From Pseudomonadota bacterium (GTDB taxonomy: Bacteria; Pseudomonadota; Gammaproteobacteria; Pseudomonadales; JADFDG01): a stretch of DNA of 64,000 nucleotides. Of the stretch, positions 53,561 to 62,057 are shown piece by piece. The position numbers and the translations under genes were made by a program. The stretch covers positions 65,275 through 129,274 of the forward strand of contig JBMOOP010000058.1 in NCBI GenBank assembly GCA_049324495.1, written 5' to 3'. The notes under the pieces were generated by a model that saw nothing but the letters and a program-made list of their open reading frames with translations, was not told the DNA's origin and made no database searches. Within the stretch, counting starts at the first letter, position 1; each line of letters starts with the position of its first letter.

Positions 53561-55051
53561 TCACAGCAGGTAGGTAACCGCCAGCAAGCCGGTCGCCGTC
53601 ATGGTCAAGGCATAAGGCAGTGCCATCCAGAGCATTTTTCCGTATCCCAGTCGAATCAGTGGGGCGAGGCTGGACGTCAGCAGAAACAGGAACGCGGCCT
53701 GGCCGTTCGGCGTCGCGACGCTCGGAATATTCGTGCCGACGTTGATGGCAACAGCCAGCACGTCGAACTGCTCCTGCGTGAGATTTCCGGCGTCGAATGC
53801 GGCCTTGACTTCGCCGATATATATGGTCGCAACAAATACATTGTCGCTGATCGCGGAGAGCGCGCCGCTGGCAAGGTACATCAACGGCACACGCGTCTGG
53901 TCATCCTGCTGCAGTACGTATGCAATCCCCGGTTGGAAAAGATGCTGGTTGTGTATGACGCCAACCACCACGAAGAATGTTGCTAGCAGGGCAGTGAACG
54001 GCAGTGCTTCTTCAAATGCGTGGCCAAGACGCTTCTCTTCTGTGATGCCACACAACGCAGTGGCCAGCACGATGACCCCAAGGCCGATCAGACCGACCTC
54101 CGCCAGGTGCAGGGCAAGGCCGATGAGCAGGAACACAGCCGTGATTGCCTGCAGCCAGAGATGCAGAATTGCCGTGCGTGTGCGGCAGTTGGCCTCGTCG
54201 GAAAAATGACGTTCGATGATATTGCGGACGGCGGGCGGCATGTCGGTGCCGTAACCGAACCAGCGCATCTTGTCGACGGTAACGCAGGTCAGCAGCCCGA
54301 CCGCGAGTACCGGCATGGACACCGGCATGGAGTGCAGGAAAAACTCGATGAAACTCCAGCCGGCGAGATTGCCGATCAGCAGGTTCTGCGGTTCACCCAC
54401 CAGCGTGGCGACACCGCCCAGCGCAGTGCCGATGGCAGAGTGCATCAGCAGCCCGCGCAGGAAAGCCCGAAATTTGTCCAGATCATGTCGGTCCAGATCC
54501 GGCGTGCCGTCGGCATCGAGATCGACACGTGCGGATGCTGCCTGCTGATATACGGCATAGATCCCGGCGGCCACCGTGATGATCACCGCCACAACCGTCA
54601 ACGCATCAAGAAATGCCGACAGCACCGCTGCCGAGGCGCAAAACAGCAGCGACAGCGTAGTGCGCGACCTGACCTTCATCAGAATGCTGCTGAACAGATA
54701 CAGCAACAGGTCGCGCAGGAAATAGATGCCGGCAACCATGAATACCAGCAGCAGGATCACTGACAGGTTGGCACTGATTTCGCGGTAGACGGTTTCGCTG
54801 TCCACCAGCCCGAGCAGCAAGGCCTGCATCGCCAGCAAGCCGCCGGGCTGCAGTGGATAGCATTTCAGCGCAACTGCCAGGGTGAGGATGAATTCAGACA
54901 GCAGCAACCAGCCGGCCACGAAGGGGCCGGCGCTGAACAGAACGAGGGGGTTAATCAAGAGGAAACAGAGAACTGTTGCCTTGTACCAGTTGGGCGAATG
55001 CCCGAGAAACGAGCGGAAAAATACCGATGACCAGAGACGGACGTTGTTCAA
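53561..55051 (-). CDS. nhaB: Na+/H+ antiporter NhaB
   Basis: The 496 aa are collinear with my recollection of E. coli NhaB (FLGHSPNWYKATVLCFLLINPL..., GEPQNLLIG, ATPNGQAAFLFLLTSSLAPLIRLGYGKMLWMALPY). Confidence 0.9.
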   Translation of the reverse strand: MNNVRLWSSVFFRSFLGHSPNWYKATVLCFLLINPLVLFSAGPFVAGWLLLSEFILTLAVALKCYPLQPGGLLAMQALLLGLVDSETVYREISANLSVILLLVFMVAGIYFLRDLLLYLFSSILMKVRSRTTLSLLFCASAAVLSAFLDALTVVAVIITVAAGIYAVYQQAASARVDLDADGTPDLDRHDLDKFRAFLRGLLMHSAIGTALGGVATLVGEPQNLLIGNLAGWSFIEFFLHSMPVSMPVLAVGLLTCVTVDKMRWFGYGTDMPPAVRNIIERHFSDEANCRTRTAILHLWLQAITAVFLLIGLALHLAEVGLIGLGVIVLATALCGITEEKRLGHAFEEALPFTALLATFFVVVGVIHNQHLFQPGIAYVLQQDDQTRVPLMYLASGALSAISDNVFVATIYIGEVKAAFDAGNLTQEQFDVLAVAINVGTNIPSVATPNGQAAFLFLLTSSLAPLIRLGYGKMLWMALPYALTMTATGLLAVTYLL

Positions 55052-55139
55052 GCGGAGGTCCTTGCTTTGTGGCAGGGCCGGGAGTCTGCGCCGCTACCTG
55101 TGTACCTTACCGGCACGCGATTAACAGGGGCAATACGCA

Positions 55140-56039
55140 TCACTGCTGCCGGGGACGCAATGCCTGAAAATCCTGGCGCTCGGCCACGAACGGTGGGCGT
55201 GGAGGTTGGCCGCAATAGGGGGCTTTCGGCAGGTTTTCCGTGCTGTTGTAGACGAAAAACAGGTTGCTGCGCGGCCACGGGCTGATGTTGTTGCCGGAGC
55301 CGTGCAGTGTGTTGCTGTCGAAAACAATCACGGTGCCAGCATGGCCGATTGCGGTGCTGATGCCATCGCCGGCCAGCGACGCGATAAGTGTTTCGTCCGG
55401 GATTCCGACGTGCTGTTCGCGCAATGAGCTGCGAAAGTGGTTCGCCGGCGTGGGCTCGGGGCATGACAGAAACCAGCGATGCGAGCCAGGTACAAGCAGC
55501 AACGGGCCGTTGGCCGGCGTGTTGTCGGTCAGCAGTATCGACATACTGAGGGTGCGCATGGCCGGGATGCCATCCTCTGCATGCCAGGTTTCGAAGTCCG
55601 AGTGCCAGTTGAAGCCGCCGCCGCGAAACGCCGGCTTGTAGTTGATACGTGACTGATGAACATAGACTGCGCTGTCCAGCAGGAACTCGGCGATGTCCAA
55701 CAGGCGGTCGTCGCGCAGCAGGCCGTCGATCACCTTGCTGTGTTGTTGTGGTTGGAACAGTGAACGCAGGTCGTTGCTGTTGCTCTCACGTATTGCTGAA
55801 TCCAGTCCGAGAAGCTTGCGGTCAGCCTGCAGGCGGGCCGCTTCTGCTTGCAGAATCTCGACATCGTGGCCCGAGAGCAGCTCGGGTAGCAGAAGGAATC
55901 CCCGGTCGCGCCACTGGCGGCACTGCAGGGGCGTCAACGGGGCGTTGGCGTGCCAGTCGTGCCAGAGGACCGGCTCTTCGCGGCGCAGCACTGCAGGCTT
56001 GCCGCCATGGCGGGTTGGATAGCGATCGTCAGCGTTCAT
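55140..56039 (-). CDS. ectD: Ectoine hydroxylase EctD
   Basis: 299 aa carrying the EctD signature FNWHSDFETWHAEDGIP (consensus FxWHSDFETWHxEDG[ML]P), a non-heme Fe/2OG dioxygenase. Confidence 0.93.
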   Translation of the reverse strand: MNADDRYPTRHGGKPAVLRREEPVLWHDWHANAPLTPLQCRQWRDRGFLLLPELLSGHDVEILQAEAARLQADRKLLGLDSAIRESNSNDLRSLFQPQQHSKVIDGLLRDDRLLDIAEFLLDSAVYVHQSRINYKPAFRGGGFNWHSDFETWHAEDGIPAMRTLSMSILLTDNTPANGPLLLVPGSHRWFLSCPEPTPANHFRSSLREQHVGIPDETLIASLAGDGISTAIGHAGTVIVFDSNTLHGSGNNISPWPRSNLFFVYNSTENLPKAPYCGQPPRPPFVAERQDFQALRPRQQ

Positions 56040-56054
56040 GTGGAAATCCCGACA

Positions 56055-56672
56055 TCATGCGGAAAAATCCCTTGCGATTATCTCGGCGCCACGCAGAATC
56101 ATCTCGATGGCATAGGTGCCGGTGAACAGCGCAACAATTCGCCCGGTCACTTCGATATAGCCCTGCACCAGTGATTCGTCACGCTTGCGGGCGCTATCCA
56201 GCAGGCGCTTGAACAGAACGATGGCGACGTAGGAGGCGATGAGCGCCGTCGCGACGGCGGCGAGCGCGAGTGGCCACGGTTGCTGGGCCCCGGCAAACAC
56301 GGCGGCACTCACTGTCCCAGGCCCGATCATGAACGGCATCGCAACAGCGCCGGCGAGGTGTGCCGGTGCGCCGCGCGTCTCCAGCAGGGCCAGCGTTCCA
56401 GAAAAGACCGAGCGCACGCCGATCAGCAGGAAGACGATGCCGCCGAAAATCAGGAACGAGGCGAAGCGAACGTTGAAAACTTGCGTAAACAAACGGTCGC
56501 CAAGGACGGCGAAACTGCCGAACACGCCGAACGACACCAGGTGTGCGCGCTGCATCACCAGCGAAAATGTTTGACGATTCAGGTCCCGGATCAGCGCCAT
56601 CAGGTAGATGCTCATCAGGAACGGGTTCAGCAGCAGGAACAGCAGCCATGCCGACTTGACGAACGTCTCCAT
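56055..56672 (-). CDS. MarC/UPF0056-family integral membrane protein
   Basis: 205 aa with six hydrophobic segments and a MarC-type N-terminus (FLLLNPFLMSIYLMAL). It is packed 3 nt after ectC and 15 nt before ectD. Confidence 0.82.
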   Translation of the reverse strand: METFVKSAWLLFLLLNPFLMSIYLMALIRDLNRQTFSLVMQRAHLVSFGVFGSFAVLGDRLFTQVFNVRFASFLIFGGIVFLLIGVRSVFSGTLALLETRGAPAHLAGAVAMPFMIGPGTVSAAVFAGAQQPWPLALAAVATALIASYVAIVLFKRLLDSARKRDESLVQGYIEVTGRIVALFTGTYAIEMILRGAEIIARDFSA

Positions 56673-56675
56673 GCG

Positions 56676-57071
56676 TCAGGACGCCGCTGTGCCGGCGGCC
56701 GGATAGGCGCCTTCCTCGTCGTGCACTTCCTGTCCGGTCAGCGCTGGTGCAAAAACGCAGGCCAGTTCCAGTCCGCTGGTCGCGCGCAGCAGGTGGCGGT
56801 CGTGGTGGTTGAGCAGATACATCGTGCCGGGCGTGATCGGGAACACCTTGCCGTCCGGCAATGTCTCGACTTCGCCCTCACCGCGAATGCAGTACACCGC
56901 CTCGATGTGGTGTTTGTACCAGATCAACGTTTCGGTGCCGGCATGAATGACCGTGATATGGAACGAGAAGCCGGCGCGATCGTCTGCAAGTACCAGCCGG
57001 ACACTTTCCCAGTTTTCGGCAGTGACCCGCCGTTCTGTGCGCCGGGTCTCCGCAAGGGTACGAACGATCAT
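56676..57071 (-). CDS. ectC: L-ectoine synthase EctC
   Basis: 131-aa cupin: [67 protein letters not shown]... Confidence 0.95.
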   Translation of the reverse strand: MIVRTLAETRRTERRVTAENWESVRLVLADDRAGFSFHITVIHAGTETLIWYKHHIEAVYCIRGEGEVETLPDGKVFPITPGTMYLLNHHDRHLLRATSGLELACVFAPALTGQEVHDEEGAYPAAGTAAS

Positions 57072-58366
57072 GGACGGAACATCCCTGCCGCGATGCGCAC
57101 CGCGTGCGGACTGCTGCGTTCTCGCTGCGCCATGACGTTGCGCATGAGGATGGCCATGCCACGCTCAAGGTCGTCGTTGGTGATGGTCAACGGGCACAGA
57201 ATCTTCAGCACCTGATCGCGCGCGCCGCTGGTTTCCACGATCAGACCCTGGTCGAAACAGGCGCGGGTGACCGGCATCGTGAACTCCGCGCCGGTGGTAT
57301 GCAGGCCGCGCATCAGGCCGCGGCCTGTTGCGGTAAAGCCGGCACAGCGGTCGGCAAGCTCCTGCAGGCAGTCGCCGACATATTCGCCCTTGCGCCGCAC
57401 TTCAGCGTTGAGCTGGTCGTTCTTCCAGAAGGTCTCGATGGCGCGGGCAGCCGTGACAAACGCAAGGTTGTGCCCGCGGAAGGTGCCGTTGTGCTCACCG
57501 GGCTCCCAGACGTCGAGGCGGGGATCGATCAATACCACGGCCATGGGCAACCCGTACCCGGACAGCGATTTCGACAGAGTGATGATGTCCGGGCGAATGC
57601 CGGCTTCCTCGAAGCTGAAGAAATTTCCGGTGCGTCCGCACCCCGCCTGGATGTCGTCGACGATGAGCAGGACGCTGTGCTTGCGGCATACCCGCTGCAG
57701 ACTGCGCAGCCAGCTTGCCTGCGCTACATTGATGCCACCTTCGCCCTGCACGGTTTCGACGATTACCGCTGCCGGCAGATCAACGCCGCTGGAGGCGTCG
57801 CTCAGCGTCTTGTCCAGATACACAGTTGAATCAATACCTTCTCCAAGGTAGCCGTCGTACGGCATGCGCGTTACGCCGGTAGGATCGACGCCGCCGCCGC
57901 CGCGATGATGCCGGTTGCCGGTGCATGACAGTGCGCCGAGCGTGACTCCGTGAAAGGCATTGGTGAACGCGACGATGTTGCGTCGGCCGGTGGCCTTGCG
58001 CGCGACCTTGAGCGCGGCTTCCACGGCGTTGGTGCCGGTGGGGCCGGTGAACTGCATCACGTACTTGTATCCGCGCGGCATCAGGATGTGTCGCTCGAAC
58101 ACTTCGAGAAAGTGCTGCTTGGCGGCGGTGTGCATGTCGAGGCTGTGCACGACATGGTTCTGGTCGATGTACTCAAGCAGCGCTTCCTTCAAGGCCGGGT
58201 GGTTGTGGCCGTAGTTGAGCGAGCCCGCTCCGGCGAGGAAGTCGATGTAGCTGCGGCCCCTGTTGTCGTGCAGGTGGCTGCCCTGCGCGGTGGTGAATAC
58301 CACCGGAAAAGACCGGCAATAACTGCGCACCGCCGATTCGAGGCGGTCAAAGGTGGTGGTTTGCAT
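57068..58366 (-). CDS. ectB: Diaminobutyrate--2-oxoglutarate transaminase EctB
   Basis: 432-aa class-III aminotransferase with an EctB-type N-terminus ([29 protein letters not shown]...) and the PLP-Lys region [10 protein letters not shown]. It overlaps ectC by 4 nt. Confidence 0.95.
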   Translation of the reverse strand: MQTTTFDRLESAVRSYCRSFPVVFTTAQGSHLHDNRGRSYIDFLAGAGSLNYGHNHPALKEALLEYIDQNHVVHSLDMHTAAKQHFLEVFERHILMPRGYKYVMQFTGPTGTNAVEAALKVARKATGRRNIVAFTNAFHGVTLGALSCTGNRHHRGGGGVDPTGVTRMPYDGYLGEGIDSTVYLDKTLSDASSGVDLPAAVIVETVQGEGGINVAQASWLRSLQRVCRKHSVLLIVDDIQAGCGRTGNFFSFEEAGIRPDIITLSKSLSGYGLPMAVVLIDPRLDVWEPGEHNGTFRGHNLAFVTAARAIETFWKNDQLNAEVRRKGEYVGDCLQELADRCAGFTATGRGLMRGLHTTGAEFTMPVTRACFDQGLIVETSGARDQVLKILCPLTITNDDLERGMAILMRNVMAQRERSSPHAVRIAAGMFRP

Positions 58367-58409
58367 GAAGTTTCTCCCTTGGATAGCAGAGTGGCCTGGC
58401 TGGGCCGGT

Positions 58410-59471
58410 TCAGGCGCCTGGTCTGGCCTCCTGTTCCGGTGCCGGGTTCTGGTTGGTGGTACCGTCCGCGGAAGTGAACGGACCGACTTGCAGCAGCCAT
58501 TCGGAGTCGTGGCTGCCTTTGAGGTGGCGCTGGCGATCGAACAATAACTGGCGGCTGAGTGCCGCCTGGCGTGATCGGGCCAGCGCCGCGAACAGCGCGG
58601 CGGATGCCGTGTTGTCCAGGGTCACGGTGGTTTCGAGCTGGCACACATGCGCGCAGGCGTCGCGCGCGAGCAGGTTGTCGAGCATGCGTTGTGCAAGCCC
58701 GCGTCCCCGCTGGCTGGGGTGCACGGCAACCTGCCAGATAAACAGGGTGTTGTTGCGATTCGGCAACAGGTACCCGGATATGAAGCCCACGACCTGGTTG
58801 CCGCTCGTGGCGACCACGCAGGTGTCACGGAAGTGGGTGCACTGCAGCAGGTTTGCGTACAGCGAGTTCTGGTCCAGCGGCGGGCAGATGCGGATCAGCG
58901 CATGGACATGTGTTCCGTCATCAACCGTTGGCGCACGCAACTGGACATCATTGTCGGCGGCGCTTGTGGTGTTGATCGGAACCGGCGAGCGGCGCGGGAA
59001 TTGTTCAGGAATATTGCCGAGGGTGAGCATCGGCGCCGCATCAATGTCGCCGGCCCCCATCATCGTGGCTACATGCTGCAGGGAATCCACGATCCGGTCG
59101 CGTTGAGCCGGGGTCAGTTGCTCGAACCGGGCCTGGAAGTCTGCCTGCAGAGGCGTCGGCGAACCTTCCAGTAATCGGCTTCCTGCTTCCGTGAGCGCCA
59201 CGTTGACCACGCGTTTGTCCTGGCTGCCACGGCTGCGGACGACGAGCTCACGCTCTTCCAGGCGGTCAAGGATGGTGGTGACGGTGGCCTGCGAAAGGCT
59301 GACCTGACTGGTCAGGAACCCCAAGGTGGCGCCCGGGTGCGCCGCGATAGCACGCATCAGTACGCTTTGGGGAATGGTCAGCCCGGCGGTGCGGCTGAGG
59401 CGCTTCGAGTTCTGGTCGGTGGCCCGGATGATCCGTCGCAGGGCCACCAGCACTTGGTCCTGGTGGGGCAT
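58410..59471 (-). CDS. ectA: In-frame fusion of a MarR-family (EctR-like) regulator and diaminobutyrate acetyltransferase EctA
   Basis: aa 1-136 form a MarR wHTH domain ([18 protein letters not shown]...[17 protein letters not shown]). aa ~176-335 match EctA ([30 protein letters not shown]...[17 protein letters not shown]...). There is no stop codon or frame change between the two parts. Confidence 0.85.
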   Translation of the reverse strand: MPHQDQVLVALRRIIRATDQNSKRLSRTAGLTIPQSVLMRAIAAHPGATLGFLTSQVSLSQATVTTILDRLEERELVVRSRGSQDKRVVNVALTEAGSRLLEGSPTPLQADFQARFEQLTPAQRDRIVDSLQHVATMMGAGDIDAAPMLTLGNIPEQFPRRSPVPINTTSAADNDVQLRAPTVDDGTHVHALIRICPPLDQNSLYANLLQCTHFRDTCVVATSGNQVVGFISGYLLPNRNNTLFIWQVAVHPSQRGRGLAQRMLDNLLARDACAHVCQLETTVTLDNTASAALFAALARSRQAALSRQLLFDRQRHLKGSHDSEWLLQVGPFTSADGTTNQNPAPEQEARPGA

Positions 59472-59954
59472 GGGGGAAGACCTTATGTTTCGAGGTCGAC
59501 ATAATCCCCAACTAATAGTTCGATGTCAAAGTATATGCCTGCTCAGAGCGGCCGGCTGTGGGCCGCGAGCAAGGGAGACGCATTTATGGGGGGCTTTGCC
59601 TGCCATGTTCAAGGATCCCCAGAAGGCAGCACGAGACCTTCTGTCCACCGATGCCTGCGGCCTCACGCCGCGCCCACCGTCGTCGATGCAGATCGCGCCC
59701 GCAAATTGCCGGCAGAAATACTGGTCTTGTACCGGATCAAAGGGCAGCTTCGTACAGCAGCGGAACTCGCCGGCGGTACACATGGCATTGCGACGATCAC
59801 GACATCCTCCTGGCCAACCGTAGCGAGTTGGAGCAATCCGGCAGTCGTGCACTGGCGGTGAAACTGCTGCCCAGGCTCGTCGACCAGCCAATGGCCAGCT
59901 ACAGTGGTGCGCGGATGGCGGTCGAGGCCGGGGAGGACGATCTACGTGGGCGAG

Positions 59955-60563
59955 ATGCAGCAAGCGGGCGCGGCAGGCAATGACCTGTTGCGAGACAACG
60001 CGTTTCTCGGAGCGCTGCGCGCGCAGATGGTGCGTTTTGCGACGCTCCAGTTGAATGACCGCAACCTCGCCGAGGACGCCGTGCAGGACGCACTCGCTGC
60101 CGCGCTGCGCAATGCGGGTTCGTTTGCAGGACGCTCCGCGTTGAAAACCTGGGTATTCGCCATCCTCAAGAACAAGATCATCGATGTCATCCGCCAGCGC
60201 AGCCGCATCGTCTACACGGGCAGCCTGATCGGGGAGGACGAGGACGGGGATTCCACGCCGGCTCTTTTTGATCAGCGCGGGCACTGGAAGCCCGAGGAGA
60301 AGCCGGCGGACTGGGGTGTGCCCGATCTCGCGCTGCACGACGAGCAATTCTGGCGCGTGTTCGAGACCTGCCTCGATGGCCTGCCGGCGCGTCAGGGGCG
60401 CGTGTTCATGATGCGTGAGTTCGTGGGGCTGGAGGCTGATGAGATCTGCACGGCGGCCGGGATATCGACGAGCAATCTGCACGTACTGCTGCATCGTGCG
60501 CGCCTGCGCTTGCGTGAGTGCCTGGAAAACAAGTGGTTCGACGGGGGGTGTGAAACATGCTGA
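59955..60563 (+). CDS. ECF-type sigma-70 family sigma factor
   Basis: ATG 59955. Region 2 (DAVQDALAAALRNAGSFAGRSALKTWVFAILKNKIID) and region 4 (LPARQGRVFMMREFVGLEADEICTAAGISTSNLHVLLHRARLRLR) are both present. Confidence 0.88.
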   Translation: MQQAGAAGNDLLRDNAFLGALRAQMVRFATLQLNDRNLAEDAVQDALAAALRNAGSFAGRSALKTWVFAILKNKIIDVIRQRSRIVYTGSLIGEDEDGDSTPALFDQRGHWKPEEKPADWGVPDLALHDEQFWRVFETCLDGLPARQGRVFMMREFVGLEADEICTAAGISTSNLHVLLHRARLRLRECLENKWFDGGCETC

Positions 60564-60760
60564 GCTGCGAAGAGGCAACCCGCTTCATGTCGGATGCCAT
60601 GGAGAGGCCGCTTACCGTCAGGGATCGCCTGTCGCTCAATGTGCACCTGGTGATGTGCAAGGGCTGCCGGACTTTCAGTCACCAGGTGCAGGGTTTGCGC
60701 CAGATAGCGCGCGAATACGCGCAGGGTCGCGGCGATCCGAAGGACGACGGGTCAGCCTGA
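60557..60760 (+). CDS. Small zf-HC2 (ZAS) anti-sigma factor, no TM segment
   Basis: 67 aa, overlapping the sigma gene stop by 7 nt. It has the HxxxCxxC motif (HLVMCKGC). Confidence 0.75.
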   Translation: MLSCEEATRFMSDAMERPLTVRDRLSLNVHLVMCKGCRTFSHQVQGLRQIAREYAQGRGDPKDDGSA

Positions 60761-61366
60761 GCGTCCTGCCGCCCGCGCCAGCCACCAGTCCGCGCTCACG
60801 TAGCGCCCGCCACCGATAAAAAACAGCGCCAGCAGCATCACGAAGTAGGTCGCGGCGAACTCGATGCCGTTGTTCAGCACGACAAAATTGCCGCTGCTGG
60901 TCAGCCAGTCGTAGTTGCCGTGCTCCTGCAGAATCTCTTTCGCGCGGTCGAGTTTCTCCACCGCTTCGAGCACGCGCTCGTTCGCAAACGGTGCGCCCGG
61001 ATCGGCGATGGCCTGCCAGCCGTTCTCCAGGTGCACGGCCGTCGCTGCGACCAACATCGTCACCATCAGCGGAATCGCGATCCAGCGCGTGGCCAGCCCG
61101 AGCGCCAGCAGCACGGCACCGACGAGCTCGGTGGACGTGGCGAGGAACGCCATCAGCCAGGGAAACGGCAGGCCGAGGCCCCAGTCCGGGTTGCCGAACC
61201 AGGCCACGGTACTTTCGAAGTCGGCGAGCTTGTGGGTGCCGGCCATCCAGAGCACCGGCACGAGGAACAGGCGCAGCGCCAGCGGCGCCAGGCCGTCGAG
61301 ATGGCGCAGCGGGCGCATGACGGCGTCGTGGATGCGGAAATACAAAGTGGTGGCGCGCTGGAACAT
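60752..61366 (-). CDS. DoxX-family inner-membrane protein (long form)
   Basis: ATG 61366 after GGAGA. It has DoxX-type helices (LRLFLVPVLWMAGTHK..., STELVGAVLLALGLATRW) plus a soluble insert ...GNYDWLTSSGNFVVLNNGIEF. It is divergent from the EGKCG peptide gene. Confidence 0.85.
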   Translation of the reverse strand: MFQRATTLYFRIHDAVMRPLRHLDGLAPLALRLFLVPVLWMAGTHKLADFESTVAWFGNPDWGLGLPFPWLMAFLATSTELVGAVLLALGLATRWIAIPLMVTMLVAATAVHLENGWQAIADPGAPFANERVLEAVEKLDRAKEILQEHGNYDWLTSSGNFVVLNNGIEFAATYFVMLLALFFIGGGRYVSADWWLARAAGRSG

Positions 61367-61528
61367 GGGTTGTCTCCGGTAGGTGTTCCGACTTGGACGG
61401 ACCAGCAGCGTATGGCTTACAGTCGTGCCTGCGAAAGTTCTCGTGGGTCTGTGTGTAAGAAATCGCAGTCAGCCCCGTCCAATCCCCGGAACCGCCACGG
61501 TGGCGGTCGTTACCCAAGGAGATTTCCC

Positions 61529-61897
61529 ATGCGTCCGATTTCCCGTCTCTCGTCCCTCGCCGGTGCGTCCGTCGTAGCTGCCCTGGCCCTGCCGATGGCG
61601 GCCCACGCCGCGAGCAACCCGTTCCATGCCGTCGACATCGCCGGCTACCAGGTCGCCGAAGCGGATGCTGCCAAGCCGGAAGGCAAGTGCGGTGAAGGCA
61701 AGTGCGGCGCGAAGAAGAAGGCTGAGCAGGAAGCCAAGACAGCCGAAGGCAAGTGCGGCGAAGGCAAGTGCGGTGGCGACAAGGCCGCCGAAGGCAAAGC
61801 CGCCGAAGGCAAGTGCGGCGCGAAGAAGAAGGCTGAGCAGGAAGCCAAGGCAGCCGAAGGTAAGTGCGGCGAAGGCAAGTGCGGCGGCAAGAAGTGA
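61529..61897 (+). CDS. Secreted EGKCG-repeat peptide; putative MNIO-type copper-binding RiPP precursor (HvfA/bufferin-like)
   Basis: ATG 61529 after AAGGA. The signal peptide ends AHA/AS, then NPFHAVDIAGYQVAEA, then seven EGKCG motifs in a Lys/Glu/Ala-rich 72-aa tail. Total length is 122 aa. Confidence 0.85.
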   Translation: MRPISRLSSLAGASVVAALALPMAAHAASNPFHAVDIAGYQVAEADAAKPEGKCGEGKCGAKKKAEQEAKTAEGKCGEGKCGGDKAAEGKAAEGKCGAKKKAEQEAKAAEGKCGEGKCGGKK

Positions 61898-61924
61898 TCG
61901 GCAACGGTTGAGGAGGGGTTCACC

Positions 61925-62057
61925 ATGTCGGGGGTTTCGGGTGCCGGGCTTGGCCAGCGCCGCGATGGACGATCTGGCGACCCTTCCGTCGCCGCTCGTC
62001 GCGCCCGATTTCCTCGATGTGGCGCCGGAGAACGGGATCGGCAGCTGCAGTTCGTAA
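61925..62057 (+). pseudogene. Frameshifted 5' stub of a DUF692/MNIO-type maturase gene
   Basis: A strong RBS (GAGGAGGGG) and ATG 61925 lie 28 nt after the peptide stop. MSGVSGAGLGQRR is read in one frame, then AMDDLATLPSPLVAPDFLDVAPENGIG in the +1 frame, ending at TAA 62055-62057. This resembles the DUF692 N-terminus (GLGLR...EvapENw). No further homologous sequence follows before csoR. Confidence 0.5.

Noticed and set aside
59526-60578. 350-aa minus-strand ORF
   Set aside because: It is antisense to the well-supported ECF sigma gene (59955-60563). The composition is low-complexity and Arg/Ala/Pro-rich, and I recognise no family. Only its 3' tail is discussed, as an unresolved small ORF.
61489-61512. 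ECF-type promoter reading (GGAAC ... CGTT) upstream of the EGKCG peptide gene
   Set aside because: The spacer is only 14 nt, versus about 16-17 expected. The implied start site would fall inside the RBS (AAGGA, 61516-61520). The same bases are better described as a palindrome (CCGCCACGGTGGCGG).
61690-61890. Tandem nucleotide repeats considered as a CRISPR/VNTR-like array
   Set aside because: The repeats have a 111-nt period, are in frame, and encode the EGKCG/KKKAEQEAK peptide units. There is no spacer-repeat architecture and there are no cas genes.
60675-61904. 409-aa minus-strand ORF and the 325-aa plus-strand ORF 60920..61897
   Set aside because: Both are shadow frames over the DoxX gene and the EGKCG repeat region. 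The repetitive RRTCLRR / PSPHLPS strings are simply the repeat read in wrong frames. Only the last 122 codons of the plus-strand ORF (from ATG 61529, with RBS and signal peptide) are credible.
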